Virus record (IMG/VR): IMGVR_UViG_3300023179_000070
Location: 1 to 64,000 of that record
DNA length: 64,000 bases
Origin: a virus
Lineage: Duplodnaviria > Caudoviricetes
Reading direction: 5' to 3' (one strand)
Under the pieces are notes generated by a model, which saw only the letters and a list, made by a program, of their open reading frames with translations, searched no databases and was not told the DNA's origin. The position numbers and the translations under genes are program-made. This document shows, piece by piece, positions 40,991 to 51,117 of this stretch. How positions within the stretch are numbered: position 1 is the stretch's first letter; the number at the start of each line of letters is the position of its first letter.

Positions 40991-42129
40991 GATGCAAGAG
41001 TATTAATAAATTTATTATAAAAATAGTCTACGATTGGTTTATTTTCTTCAAGATAGGATCTTAGATTATCTATTCCTTGATGTTGCTTCTTAAGCTCTAG
41101 ATCTACTTTTTTGAGTTCTTCAATAATTTCATCAGAAAAAGTAACCCATGCTCCTTTTGCTGTTGCAAATTCCCAAGCTAAAATTTGATCAATAACTTCA
41201 TATTCTCTCCAAACTGAAGATCCATCTTTACGACCATATTTGATTGGATATTGAATCTTAGAATTCGTAGATTCATTTGTAGATTTTTTAATAACAATTT
41301 TAACATTGTGTCCAATAATCTTATTCTTAACTGGATCATATTTATCATTTGGTTTTTCAAGAATAAGATCTTTATTAAACTTTGGTTCAAATTCGAGAAT
41401 CCAATTAGCAAAATGTAATAGTGCATTTCCACCAGTTGCAGTAGTTTGACGAATATCTTTATTCGCTGCATAGGGATCAAGTTTAATATCAGATCTGACT
41501 TGGCTGATAAAAATAGCCATGTGACCACGCTTCGAAAGTGCAAGAGAAATCTTTTTCATCAACATTGATGATATAACCGCTCCTCCTGCAACTTTTGTGG
41601 CTTCTGTCATGCTTTTTTGAGCATCACCTTTAGTCATCAATCCGTCAACTGAATCAAGAATAAATATATACCTCTTATTCTCATCATTAGATTGAATAAG
41701 ATCTTTCATCAATTCTGAAACTGTTTCAAAAATATTACATTCAAATACAAAACAAGTTCCATCAACCCATTCTTTAGGATTGGTTACAAACTTAATTCCA
41801 GAACGATCCTTAATTTCTTTGCTCAATCTTCCTTCTGCTTTAAAAAGTAAAGCTCTTGAATTATCTACTGATTTAAGAAAGTTTTTTGTTACCTCAAGGG
41901 CTTCTGAAGTTTTGCCTCCTTCATTCATGCCAATAAATCTATGCAAACCTGGGCATAAACCACCACCTGTAGCGATATCCAGGTTTAAACTACCAGTAGA
42001 TACCTTATAATATACTTCATCTTCAAAATTATAATGATCTTCCTTATTGTCTTTCAAGAATGATAACAGTCTATCTGATGCGCTTGGACCAGATGATTCA
42101 ATAATTTCTTCTTTAGGTTTTCTTGCCAT
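40987..42129 (-). CDS. recA: RecA-like recombinase
   Basis: STGSLNLDIATGGG, GMNEGGKT, ILDSV, ISQVR, TGGNALLH. Confidence 0.88.
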   Translation of the reverse strand: MARKPKEEIIESSGPSASDRLLSFLKDNKEDHYNFEDEVYYKVSTGSLNLDIATGGGLCPGLHRFIGMNEGGKTSEALEVTKNFLKSVDNSRALLFKAEGRLSKEIKDRSGIKFVTNPKEWVDGTCFVFECNIFETVSELMKDLIQSNDENKRYIFILDSVDGLMTKGDAQKSMTEATKVAGGAVISSMLMKKISLALSKRGHMAIFISQVRSDIKLDPYAANKDIRQTTATGGNALLHFANWILEFEPKFNKDLILEKPNDKYDPVKNKIIGHNVKIVIKKSTNESTNSKIQYPIKYGRKDGSSVWREYEVIDQILAWEFATAKGAWVTFSDEIIEELKKVDLELKKQHQGIDNLRSYLEENKPIVDYFYNKFINTLAS

Positions 42130-42451
42130 ATCTTATAAATTCTAACAGAGTTTTAGGCTTTTGGCAAATCTTTTTATCATTTTGCACTTTATTTTCTTCT
42201 AATTTTACTGTTTCTGTATTTAAATTTAAATTAAAACTTTCATATTCTTTTAGAATAAAAGCTTTTCCTTCTGCTTTAAGAAACCAAGCTAATGAAGGAG
42301 GTGGACTACCTAATTCTTTAAGATTATCCCAAAAATCAAAAGAATTAAATCTTTTAACTAACTTTTGGGCTATTTTAATCTCTCTTGGCCAATTAATATT
42401 TCCTTTGACAAATTTTTTAACTATAAATTGACAAAGTTTATGATTATGCAT
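42113..42451 (-). CDS. hypothetical protein
   Basis: 112-aa ORF heading the recA operon, with TTGTAA-17-TATTAT promoter. Confidence 0.65.
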   Translation of the reverse strand: MHNHKLCQFIVKKFVKGNINWPREIKIAQKLVKRFNSFDFWDNLKELGSPPPSLAWFLKAEGKAFILKEYESFNLNLNTETVKLEENKVQNDKKICQKPKTLLEFIRYGKKT

Positions 42452-42477
42452 TATTAGTATAATACAATAAATAAATA

Positions 42478-43569
42478 TTAATTACAATCAATTTTTATTC
42501 TTTTTTTCCAAGAATCGGCTATTTCAGATAAGATTGAATCTAAGGATTTTGTTATTTTCCAATTAGGAAAATGTTCTTGAATTTTTGATAAGTCTGATAT
42601 ATAGCAAATATGATCGCCTTCTCGATTTTTTTCCATATATTCATATTTCATTTTTTTGCCAGTTATAGTCTCTATTTTTAAAAATGCTTCTAATATTGAA
42701 CAGCTATTATCCCTACCTCCTCCTAGATTATATACTTCTCCAATTTTTGGAGATTCTATGAAATTCATCATAAAATTAACTACATCTATAGAATGAATGT
42801 TATCTCTAACTTGTTTTCCTTTATATCCATAAATTTTAAATACTCTCTCTTCTAAATTACATTTTATTAAATATGATAAAAATCCATGTAATTCAACCCC
42901 ACTATGATTTGGTCCAGTAAGGCATCCTCCTCTTAAACAGCAGGTTTTCATATTAAAATACTTGCCATATTCTTGAACCATTATATCTGATGCTAGTTTT
43001 GATGCGCCAAAAAGTGAATGTTTGCTATTGTCTATAGAAAAGTTTTCATTAATCCCATTTGTATAATTTACATCTTCATAATCCCATCTTGTTTCTAATT
43101 CTTTTAATTTTATTTGATTTGGTCTATCTCCATATACTTTATTAGTAGACATATGTATAAAAATCACATCTGGACAAAATCTTCTGGAAGCTTCTAGTAA
43201 GTTTAATGTTCCAACTGCATTTGTATCAAAATCTTCGAATGGAATTGTGGCTGCTAAATCATGACTTGGTTGCGCTGCGGTATGGATTATAATGTCTGGT
43301 TTTAATTTTTCTATTAAATTCAATATACCATTTCTATCTCTGATGTCTATTTCGTGATGTATGAAATTTTTATATTTCTTTTGAATTTCTAATTGATTCC
43401 AACGAGTATCTCCATTTGGACCAAAAAATATTGCTCTTTGATTATTATCTATACCATGTACTTCGTAATCTTGTGAATAAAAAAATGCTACAGTTTCGGA
43501 TCCAATTAAACCCGAAGACCCTGTTACTAAAATTTTTTTTTTAAAGTTATTCATTGTTTTTAATATCAT
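42478..43569 (-). CDS. NAD-dependent epimerase (CDP-paratose 2-epimerase-like)
   Basis: GSSGLIG, AAQPSHD, STNKVYG, FGASK, GKQVRD. Confidence 0.8.
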   Translation of the reverse strand: MILKTMNNFKKKILVTGSSGLIGSETVAFFYSQDYEVHGIDNNQRAIFFGPNGDTRWNQLEIQKKYKNFIHHEIDIRDRNGILNLIEKLKPDIIIHTAAQPSHDLAATIPFEDFDTNAVGTLNLLEASRRFCPDVIFIHMSTNKVYGDRPNQIKLKELETRWDYEDVNYTNGINENFSIDNSKHSLFGASKLASDIMVQEYGKYFNMKTCCLRGGCLTGPNHSGVELHGFLSYLIKCNLEERVFKIYGYKGKQVRDNIHSIDVVNFMMNFIESPKIGEVYNLGGGRDNSCSILEAFLKIETITGKKMKYEYMEKNREGDHICYISDLSKIQEHFPNWKITKSLDSILSEIADSWKKRIKIDCN

Positions 43570-44686
43570 TATCTATCATTTTCTTAATAAGATCATCAAA
43601 TGAAATTTTGGGTTTCCAGTTTAATTCTTTTCTAGCTTTATCTGATGTTCCAAGTAAAAGATCTACTTCTGCTGGCCTATAGAATTTTGGATTGATTTGA
43701 ATTAATATTTTCTTGTCCTTGGAAAGATATACTTCATGTTCTTTTTCTCCAATCCATTCACCAATAATCCCAGCATAAGTAAAAGCTTTTTCTGCAAATT
43801 CTCTAATTGTATGAGTTTCATTAGATGAGAAAATATATTCTTTTGGTGTTCCATCGTAATTTAGATTGTATTTATCTTGATTTAACATCATCCAAACACC
43901 TTCTACAAAATCCTCTGCATCACTCCAATCTCTTTTTGCATCTATATTACCTAATTCAAGTGGTTTAAATTCCTTATTATCTTTAATTGCATTATAAATT
44001 CTTGCTACATTTTTTGTAATTTTTCTAGTTACAAACTCTTCACCTCTCCTTGTACCTTCATGATTAAATAACCATCCTTGAATAGCATAAATATTATAAG
44101 ATTCTCTATATACTTTCACTAATTGCCTAGAGGCAGCTTTACTTGCTCCATATGGGCTTCGAGGTTTTAATGGATGATTTTCGTCTTGTGGGGTATATTG
44201 AACATTTCCAAATTCTTCGCTAGATCCAGCTTGATAAAGCCTACAAGATGGTTTATAGAGCCTAATGGCTTCTAAAATATCGAGTACTGCTGTAGAATTA
44301 GTTTGCCAAGTTTGTCTGGCAAAATCCCAACTACTTGCTACAAAGCTTTGAGCTGCAAAATTAATAAAATAATCTGGCTGTAGTTTTTCTACTGTTCTAG
44401 ATATAGCGTGAGAATCAGTTAGATCAAAATTAATAAGATAAAATCTATTTGAATTGATATGTTTAATATTTTCATGATTATAAACACTCAATCTTCTTAC
44501 TCCGCCAAAAATAACATAATCTGTATTTTTGAGTAAAAAATCAACCATATGACTTCCATCTTGACCAGTTACTCCAGTTATTACTATAGTCTTTCTTCCA
44601 TTGATTAATTTACTGGCATCTTCAATATTTAATATATTGGCAGTATCTATTTTTTTACCATAATAGGTTTCTTGAATATTATTCAT
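43547..44686 (-). CDS. gmd: GDP-mannose 4,6-dehydratase
   Basis: [44 protein letters not shown]. Confidence 0.92.
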   Translation of the reverse strand: MNNIQETYYGKKIDTANILNIEDASKLINGRKTIVITGVTGQDGSHMVDFLLKNTDYVIFGGVRRLSVYNHENIKHINSNRFYLINFDLTDSHAISRTVEKLQPDYFINFAAQSFVASSWDFARQTWQTNSTAVLDILEAIRLYKPSCRLYQAGSSEEFGNVQYTPQDENHPLKPRSPYGASKAASRQLVKVYRESYNIYAIQGWLFNHEGTRRGEEFVTRKITKNVARIYNAIKDNKEFKPLELGNIDAKRDWSDAEDFVEGVWMMLNQDKYNLNYDGTPKEYIFSSNETHTIREFAEKAFTYAGIIGEWIGEKEHEVYLSKDKKILIQINPKFYRPAEVDLLLGTSDKARKELNWKPKISFDDLIKKMIDNDIKNNE

Positions 44687-44708
44687 TATATAATAGTATT
44701 AATTTAAT

Positions 44709-45701
44709 TTATTTTTTCCAAAAAGAGTACATATTTTTATCTATTTCATAATTCATATATTCTACTTTTTTATTTGGAAATTGAATATAATATTGGTACA
44801 TTTCAGTTATAAGTTTTTCTAAATCGGTATTATCTTCAAATTTTAGTAAATCTTTAGCTTTTTGATGATCGCAGAATGCATGCACAACTTCTCTTCTTTT
44901 TTCAAGAAAAACAATTTTTGATTTATCAAAACCGAATTTTCTTCCAACATTTAAAACTAATTCGGCTCCATCTTTTATGGTAATTGGTGAATCTGATCCA
45001 ATATTGAAAAAATGATCATCATAATTAGTTAGTAATTTTTCTATTGGATCACATAAAAATTGGCAATCAGAAAAAGCTCTAGTTTGTAATCCATCTCCAA
45101 AGATAGTAATATCTTCGCCAAGTGAAGCTTGTCTAATCCAAATTGCTATTGCATTTCTATATTTATCCCAATAGTTTTGATATTTTGATACTACATTATG
45201 AGGCAATATTGTTGAGTACTTTAATCCGAAATGCTCATAGGCTTCTTTTAGATCCATTTCAATTGCTAATTTTGCTATTCCATATGGATCTTTTGGATTT
45301 CTTGTGTCGCTTTCCTTGAATGGAGGGTTACCATCCCCATAAGTTGCAAAGCTAGAAAAATTAATTAATTTTTTAACATTATGATTTATACAAGCATTTA
45401 TAATGTTAATTGAGCCTACGAGATTATTCTCATAGTTATATTTTCTAATAAAAGGGCTTAAAATTTCTGCTGCATAAGCTGCGCAATGTATCACATAGTC
45501 TGGTTTTTCTATTTCAAATATTTTATTAATCGAATTAGAATCACAAATATCATTTAAATAAAATTTAATATTATCTGGTAGATTTTCCTTAAATCCTCCA
45601 CTTAAATTATCTAAAGAGATAACATTATATTTTTTATCTAAAAAATATCTGGATAAAACACTACCAATCATTCCAGCTCCACCAGTTATTAATATTTTCA
45701 T
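44709..45701 (-). CDS. NAD-dependent sugar epimerase/dehydratase
   Basis: GGAGMIG, YGIAK, GDGLQTR. Confidence 0.85.
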   Translation of the reverse strand: MKILITGGAGMIGSVLSRYFLDKKYNVISLDNLSGGFKENLPDNIKFYLNDICDSNSINKIFEIEKPDYVIHCAAYAAEILSPFIRKYNYENNLVGSINIINACINHNVKKLINFSSFATYGDGNPPFKESDTRNPKDPYGIAKLAIEMDLKEAYEHFGLKYSTILPHNVVSKYQNYWDKYRNAIAIWIRQASLGEDITIFGDGLQTRAFSDCQFLCDPIEKLLTNYDDHFFNIGSDSPITIKDGAELVLNVGRKFGFDKSKIVFLEKRREVVHAFCDHQKAKDLLKFEDNTDLEKLITEMYQYYIQFPNKKVEYMNYEIDKNMYSFWKK

Positions 45702-46228
45702 TTAATATAAGCTATTAAAATATCATTACTTTCTACGCCATTTTCGAAAGTAATTTCATAATTTTGATTAATTTCTTTTAGTTTATTAATTATTTGAGGA
45801 ATGGTCATTTCATAATAACCTTCTCTAACATATCTTAAATCATCAATCATAATAGTGTGATCGTTTCTTTGATGATTATGTATTTGGTTTAATTCTTCAA
45901 TAATTGGAGAAATTTTTTTACCTTTTGCGGTATGATCTCCAGAAAAATGACCATCTAACCAGAAAGTAATCTTATGATTTATATCTTTTGTAATATCCTC
46001 TAGTACTTCAGAGCTATCGCCAAAAAATATTTTAATATTACTATTATTTTTAAATTTCTCTACACAAAAATCATATAATGGCTGAAAAAGCTCGATACTA
46101 TATAATTCTTTAAAATTATATTTTAGAGCTTCTTCTATTCCTTCTCCTTTATATGTACCAGTTTCAACAAATGCTTCTGATCCATTTGAATATTTATGGA
46201 ATAAATCTTGTCTTAATGTTGTTGCCAT
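45698..46228 (-). CDS. putative SAM-dependent methyltransferase
   Basis: FVETGT..G, GDSS, FWLDGH, IDD. Confidence 0.6.
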   Translation of the reverse strand: MATTLRQDLFHKYSNGSEAFVETGTYKGEGIEEALKYNFKELYSIELFQPLYDFCVEKFKNNSNIKIFFGDSSEVLEDITKDINHKITFWLDGHFSGDHTAKGKKISPIIEELNQIHNHQRNDHTIMIDDLRYVREGYYEMTIPQIINKLKEINQNYEITFENGVESNDILIAYIK

Positions 46229-46231
46229 TTA

Positions 46232-47008
46232 TTAATGATAGTTAGATATGTCATTTATTTCAAGATATTTTGTTTTAATATACTCTTTAAATTGTGGGGT
46301 TCCGTGATGTATTGTTGGTATTCGAATATAGTTTAAATTTTCTAGCATTAAAAATATAGCGCAGTATCTTTCAAAAAATCCAGCTTGAATTCTATATTGA
46401 TTATTTTCATCAAACCAATTCCATTTATTTGAAAGTATCATTACATATAACCAATTCATCAATTTAGTATAAATTTCTGTTTTTACAATAAATGCGGAGC
46501 ATAGAGCTATTTCTTTATGCCAATGATCTTCAAGTTTATGATCAGTTTTAAAAAAATAATTATAATCTTTAATAATTTGCTTATAACAATTATAACCATC
46601 TCCACATAATTTATTTCTTTGATTAAGATCCATTAGAATATTTTGATTGTAATCCTTAAGAAGCGTAGAATATTCAAATCCTAAAAGATTATTTGGTTGT
46701 ATATAATTTTCGAAATCTTTATATGGTATTAAAAATTGTATATCATATTGCCCAAACCCTATGTATTCAGATTGAGTATAAATCTGCGGATTTAAAAATA
46801 AATTAAATAAAACTTGTCCTTCTGCATAGCTTTGTGATAATTGAAAATAATTAGGCAAAGAATTTAATTCTAGCTTTTGTAGTTGTTTTCTGATTTTAGA
46901 TTCTCCAAAACCTACTTTTGTAAAAATTTTTATATCATTAGGCATAGAATCTGAAAAAGATTCTTCTACTGTAGAATGATATACGATATAATAATTTAAT
47001 TTTTTCAT
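46232..47008 (-). CDS. putative glycosyltransferase (DUF4422-like)
   Basis: YIGFGQYD, AGFFER. Confidence 0.45.
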   Translation of the reverse strand: MKKLNYYIVYHSTVEESFSDSMPNDIKIFTKVGFGESKIRKQLQKLELNSLPNYFQLSQSYAEGQVLFNLFLNPQIYTQSEYIGFGQYDIQFLIPYKDFENYIQPNNLLGFEYSTLLKDYNQNILMDLNQRNKLCGDGYNCYKQIIKDYNYFFKTDHKLEDHWHKEIALCSAFIVKTEIYTKLMNWLYVMILSNKWNWFDENNQYRIQAGFFERYCAIFLMLENLNYIRIPTIHHGTPQFKEYIKTKYLEINDISNYH

Positions 47009-47736
47009 ATATTATTTATATTATCTAGATAAAATTTTTCGTATGGATATAGATTTGCGTCTGGTATATTTTGAATTACTGGATAATCAAACATTCCTTT
47101 AATTCCATTTGAATTTGTTGAATATTTATGGTCAAACATAAAAGCTCTATTAAATAAGGAATATTTGCCTATTCCTTTTTTCATATTGTCTTGATTTTCA
47201 TTAGAAGATATATTGAGTAAATTTTGAGAAATTATATTTTTGGGATATTGCTTGTATTTATTTATATATCTAAATACCATATCTCCATCTTCTTCTCCAA
47301 CCCCAAGCAATCTTTCATCAAAAAAACCTAATTCTATCATTTGAGTTCTATTAGCTACAAAATGTGACCAGCTTCCATTTATCGTAAATAAATCATTGGT
47401 TAAATTTTCTTCTACATCTTGAAAGAATTTTTTATCAGAAATTTTAACATCATCATTTAATATTAAGATATTATCTTTTGTCGAGTTAATTATAAGATTA
47501 TTCCATAATTTGCTTAATGATCTAAAAGATGTAAATATCATTGGATATACTTTGTCATATTCTGCTAGTAAATTAAGTAATTCTTTTCTATATTTTTGAT
47601 CAAAATCTTCTCTAAGTGAACCATTTATGCATACTATAACTTCTAAATCTGAATTATCTTTGATAAATTTAATTAAAGGTTTAAAATAACTATCAAATCT
47701 TTTATTAAAGGATACAATTCCTATACAATAATTCAT
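47005..47736 (-). CDS. GT2/GT-A glycosyltransferase
   Basis: LILNDD, GFFDER, GEEDGD. Confidence 0.75.
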   Translation of the reverse strand: MNYCIGIVSFNKRFDSYFKPLIKFIKDNSDLEVIVCINGSLREDFDQKYRKELLNLLAEYDKVYPMIFTSFRSLSKLWNNLIINSTKDNILILNDDVKISDKKFFQDVEENLTNDLFTINGSWSHFVANRTQMIELGFFDERLLGVGEEDGDMVFRYINKYKQYPKNIISQNLLNISSNENQDNMKKGIGKYSLFNRAFMFDHKYSTNSNGIKGMFDYPVIQNIPDANLYPYEKFYLDNINNI

Positions 47737-48575
47737 ATTATTGATTTTATTATATTATAGATATTGTATTTTGTAAAGTATATTGTTTTTAGCTCTTGCA
47801 GATTAAATGTATTATTGTTATTTAAGGCATTAAATACTTCATCTACAGTTAAATCTTTTAATTGTATAAAATTATTTTGATCATATATTTGATGAATATT
47901 TGGGCATCCATAATAAATTGGCACAGTACCGCATAAGAAACAATCAAAAAATTTTTCTGTTACGTAATTTTTTTCTCTACTATTTTCTATAGCTACAGAA
48001 TATTGATAATCAATTAAACCATCTTTTTTATCTACAATTTGACCCCTTATTCTTGCGTCAAAAATTGGCCAATTATTTCCATATATATGAAAATTTAAAT
48101 TTGTATTCAAAAGTTCTAATGCAAGTTTTGTTCTTTTTCCATATAGGTAATTATCATTGTTTGGAGTATAACTTGTTGTGAAGCTTAAAAGATGTTTTTT
48201 AGGAAAATTTGTATTTAAAAAATAATTAATATTATTAAAATAAAGCATATGATATAATAAACACGCTGGATGTTCTTGATAAACTTCAATATTTTTAACT
48301 TTATCATCTAATAAAGATAAATCGTGAAAAAATACTTTATTACAATAAACTCCCAATTCTCTGTCCCAATTATTTGACCAACTTGGCTCCATGATAAATC
48401 CAAACGTATTTTCTCTTGAACATTTTTGTTCACAAGTTTTTTTATTAAAAATTACTAAATGAGTATAATCATTTTTGTATGTAATTTCTGGTATTTCATA
48501 ACCAATATAATTAGATATAACTCTATCATAGATAGATTTATCATCTGTCCAATTACAATTAAATTTAATTTTCAA
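47733..48575 (-). CDS. GT10 fucosyltransferase-like protein
   Basis: YSVAIENS..YVTEKFFD..GTVPIYYG. Confidence 0.8.
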   Translation of the reverse strand: MKIKFNCNWTDDKSIYDRVISNYIGYEIPEITYKNDYTHLVIFNKKTCEQKCSRENTFGFIMEPSWSNNWDRELGVYCNKVFFHDLSLLDDKVKNIEVYQEHPACLLYHMLYFNNINYFLNTNFPKKHLLSFTTSYTPNNDNYLYGKRTKLALELLNTNLNFHIYGNNWPIFDARIRGQIVDKKDGLIDYQYSVAIENSREKNYVTEKFFDCFLCGTVPIYYGCPNIHQIYDQNNFIQLKDLTVDEVFNALNNNNTFNLQELKTIYFTKYNIYNIIKSII

Positions 48576-49332
48576 GATTTTTTATATAATAATTATTTAC
48601 AACTGTTGGTCGAATTATACTTTTATCTTCTTGCGCGATTTTAACTTGATTGAGGTATAGGTCTTTATCTTTTGTATCTAATATTGTTACCTCATTGATT
48701 CTTGCGTGTTTTATATGTAAGAAATAAAAATCCATATATTCTTGTTTTATCCCCATTCTTTGTAGTCTATATGCTATATCATTATCTTCTCCACCCCAAA
48801 CAGTAAATCTTTCATCGTAACCACCCATATTTTTTAAAGTTAAAAAATCAACAAGAAAAAATCCACTAGCATCACTCGATCTAATTGTCTCTATTGGCAT
48901 ATTATCTGAATGAGTATAGTTGTTAAAATCAAAAGCGTTGCGATCCGCTGAATCGTACCACCTTGCTGTTAGAAATTTTTCTTTAAAATTAGTATTTTTT
49001 ACATATTCAAGAAAATTATTAAAATCTCTATCTAATGTAAAAATATCAGAATCTAAACAACAAAAAATCTCTGGTTCTTGATTTTTTATTATTAAATCTT
49101 TAATGGCATAATTTATTTTAAATGATCTATAATATTCTAATGATTCTAAATTGATATGATTACTATCATCTGTTAATTTTTCTTTTCCAAAACAATATGG
49201 GAATACTTGCGAAGAGATTCCATTATAATTTAAGAAATTTGAAAGTTTTTTTACTCTATTCAAAGAGAATTTAAAATTTTCTTTTCTTTCTTGAGCATCT
49301 CCCCATGTTAAAATAACAAAAGCTATTTTCAT
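48565..49332 (-). CDS. GT2/GT7-like glycosyltransferase
   Basis: LDSD, GGYDERF..WGGEDND. Confidence 0.75.
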   Translation of the reverse strand: MKIAFVILTWGDAQERKENFKFSLNRVKKLSNFLNYNGISSQVFPYCFGKEKLTDDSNHINLESLEYYRSFKINYAIKDLIIKNQEPEIFCCLDSDIFTLDRDFNNFLEYVKNTNFKEKFLTARWYDSADRNAFDFNNYTHSDNMPIETIRSSDASGFFLVDFLTLKNMGGYDERFTVWGGEDNDIAYRLQRMGIKQEYMDFYFLHIKHARINEVTILDTKDKDLYLNQVKIAQEDKSIIRPTVVNNYYIKNLEN

Positions 49333-50108
49333 TTTACAAAAGGATATTTATTAAAAAAGTAAATCGGTCTGGATACATCATTGGCTTGATCAAGTTGCGT
49401 TGGAAATTTTTCTTCATTTAATTGCGGTAAGTTATCAAATTCATTTTTTCGAACAAATGTTAATTCAAAGTTTTCTGGCATTGTCAAATTATTAAATTTA
49501 CATGTTGAGCTACAGTTATTGTGATGAAAATGAATCGCGTAGTGAGTTTTGTTAATTTTTTCTATCATACGCCATTTTATTTTTTCATAAGGTTCATGAA
49601 GTTCTATCGCTATTTGTTTAAATTTCAATAATTGATTTTCATTAATTGTATTAATCCAAAGATACTCATCTCCTTCTATATCCATTTTTAAAAAAATATT
49701 ATTAAAATCATTTATATAATTATGTAGATTATCTTCATTTTCAGAATTAATGTCAGATATTTGTTTTTTAATAAATTTTATTTTAGGATTATTGGTTGGT
49801 AATTCTTGGATGGAGTGATCAAAAGCCGTGCAGTTTAAGTTATATTTCTGAATAAAAGCTTCTTCAAAAGAAATATCATCTTTTACTCCACAACTTATAA
49901 AACTATCATAATTATTTAAGTCGGCAATAATATAGCCTCCATCATTATCTTTACCAAGTCTAATTTTTGAAAATGGTGATTTATGTATTTCTAAACATTT
50001 TAATGGAAAATCTTCTCTTATATGCTTAAATTTATCAAGTCTAACTATATCTGCAATATCTATTCCCAATTGATTTGCAAATATTATATATTGGTTTGGG
50101 ATTGTCAT
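49329..50108 (-). CDS. FkbM-like methyltransferase
   Basis: RLG...DGGY, SFE, LKMDIEG, IELH. Confidence 0.75.
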   Translation of the reverse strand: MTIPNQYIIFANQLGIDIADIVRLDKFKHIREDFPLKCLEIHKSPFSKIRLGKDNDGGYIIADLNNYDSFISCGVKDDISFEEAFIQKYNLNCTAFDHSIQELPTNNPKIKFIKKQISDINSENEDNLHNYINDFNNIFLKMDIEGDEYLWINTINENQLLKFKQIAIELHEPYEKIKWRMIEKINKTHYAIHFHHNNCSSTCKFNNLTMPENFELTFVRKNEFDNLPQLNEEKFPTQLDQANDVSRPIYFFNKYPFVK

Positions 50109-51073
50109 ATTAAATTATCTATGAAATTTTTTAATTTTTCAAATTCTTTTTGATTGTCTATTATCTCCCTAACTATTTTAGCTGATTGTTCTTGCATATA
50201 ATATCTTAATTCCTTACTTTCCATATAATATAAAATTTTCATTTTAAGGTCAAGTTCTGTGTCGAAAAATAATGCTGTTTTATTTTCTAAGCACCATTGT
50301 TTTAAGCTTTTATTTTCTGAGTAAGCTCTACTTAAAAAGACTGGTCTTCCAGTAGCAAGGCTTTCTATAACAGAATATCCATAACCTTCAAGATGTTTTA
50401 TGTGTATTGTACCAATGCTATTTTTTAAATTTTCAAGCATTTCTGGTCTTGTACATTTATCGCATGGTTGAAATTGCACTTCTTTTATGCTGTTCATAAA
50501 ATTAAAGCAAAATTCATAATCATGTGGAAATCCTGTTTTATAATTATTTATATATGATCCAAAAATATTACCATCACTAACTCCTTGATATTTAAAAAAA
50601 TCATAATTTACTTCTGGTTTATAGTATAAATAATTTAATTGATACTTTAAAGATAGGAGATATCCAGTAAAATCTGCACAAAGATAATTTTTAATAATAG
50701 AAAAATCATAAGCTCCATCCCAATAATCATTTCCACTGTAGGCTACTAATTTACTTGTATTTTTTAAATGTGGATATAATTCATTAAAAATTTCTGGTTG
50801 GGATTCTACGCATGTTAAGAATATTATTTCTGGTTTAATGTCTAAAATTTCTTGTTTTGATAATGTTAAAATATTATCACCAATTTCTTTATTTGCTTTT
50901 TCTTGATTCCAATACGTGTTCCATGCCCATATATTTTTTTTATTTTGCCATCGAACATGATGAGTTGGCTTATATTGATCTGATGGGATAATTAATGTAT
51001 GGCCCATTTTTTTAAATGCAGAAGCCATATTTTGAGTTAAATAAATATGTGTATCTGGCCAAAGTATATTCAC
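50105..51073 (-). CDS. GT-B glycosyltransferase-like protein
   Basis: EGYGYSVIESLATGRPV. Confidence 0.7.
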   Translation of the reverse strand: MNILWPDTHIYLTQNMASAFKKMGHTLIIPSDQYKPTHHVRWQNKKNIWAWNTYWNQEKANKEIGDNILTLSKQEILDIKPEIIFLTCVESQPEIFNELYPHLKNTSKLVAYSGNDYWDGAYDFSIIKNYLCADFTGYLLSLKYQLNYLYYKPEVNYDFFKYQGVSDGNIFGSYINNYKTGFPHDYEFCFNFMNSIKEVQFQPCDKCTRPEMLENLKNSIGTIHIKHLEGYGYSVIESLATGRPVFLSRAYSENKSLKQWCLENKTALFFDTELDLKMKILYYMESKELRYYMQEQSAKIVREIIDNQKEFEKLKNFIDNLI

Positions 51074-51117
51074 TAATTATTTTAGTGAAATTAATAGTTT
51101 TTATCTATATTTTTTAA

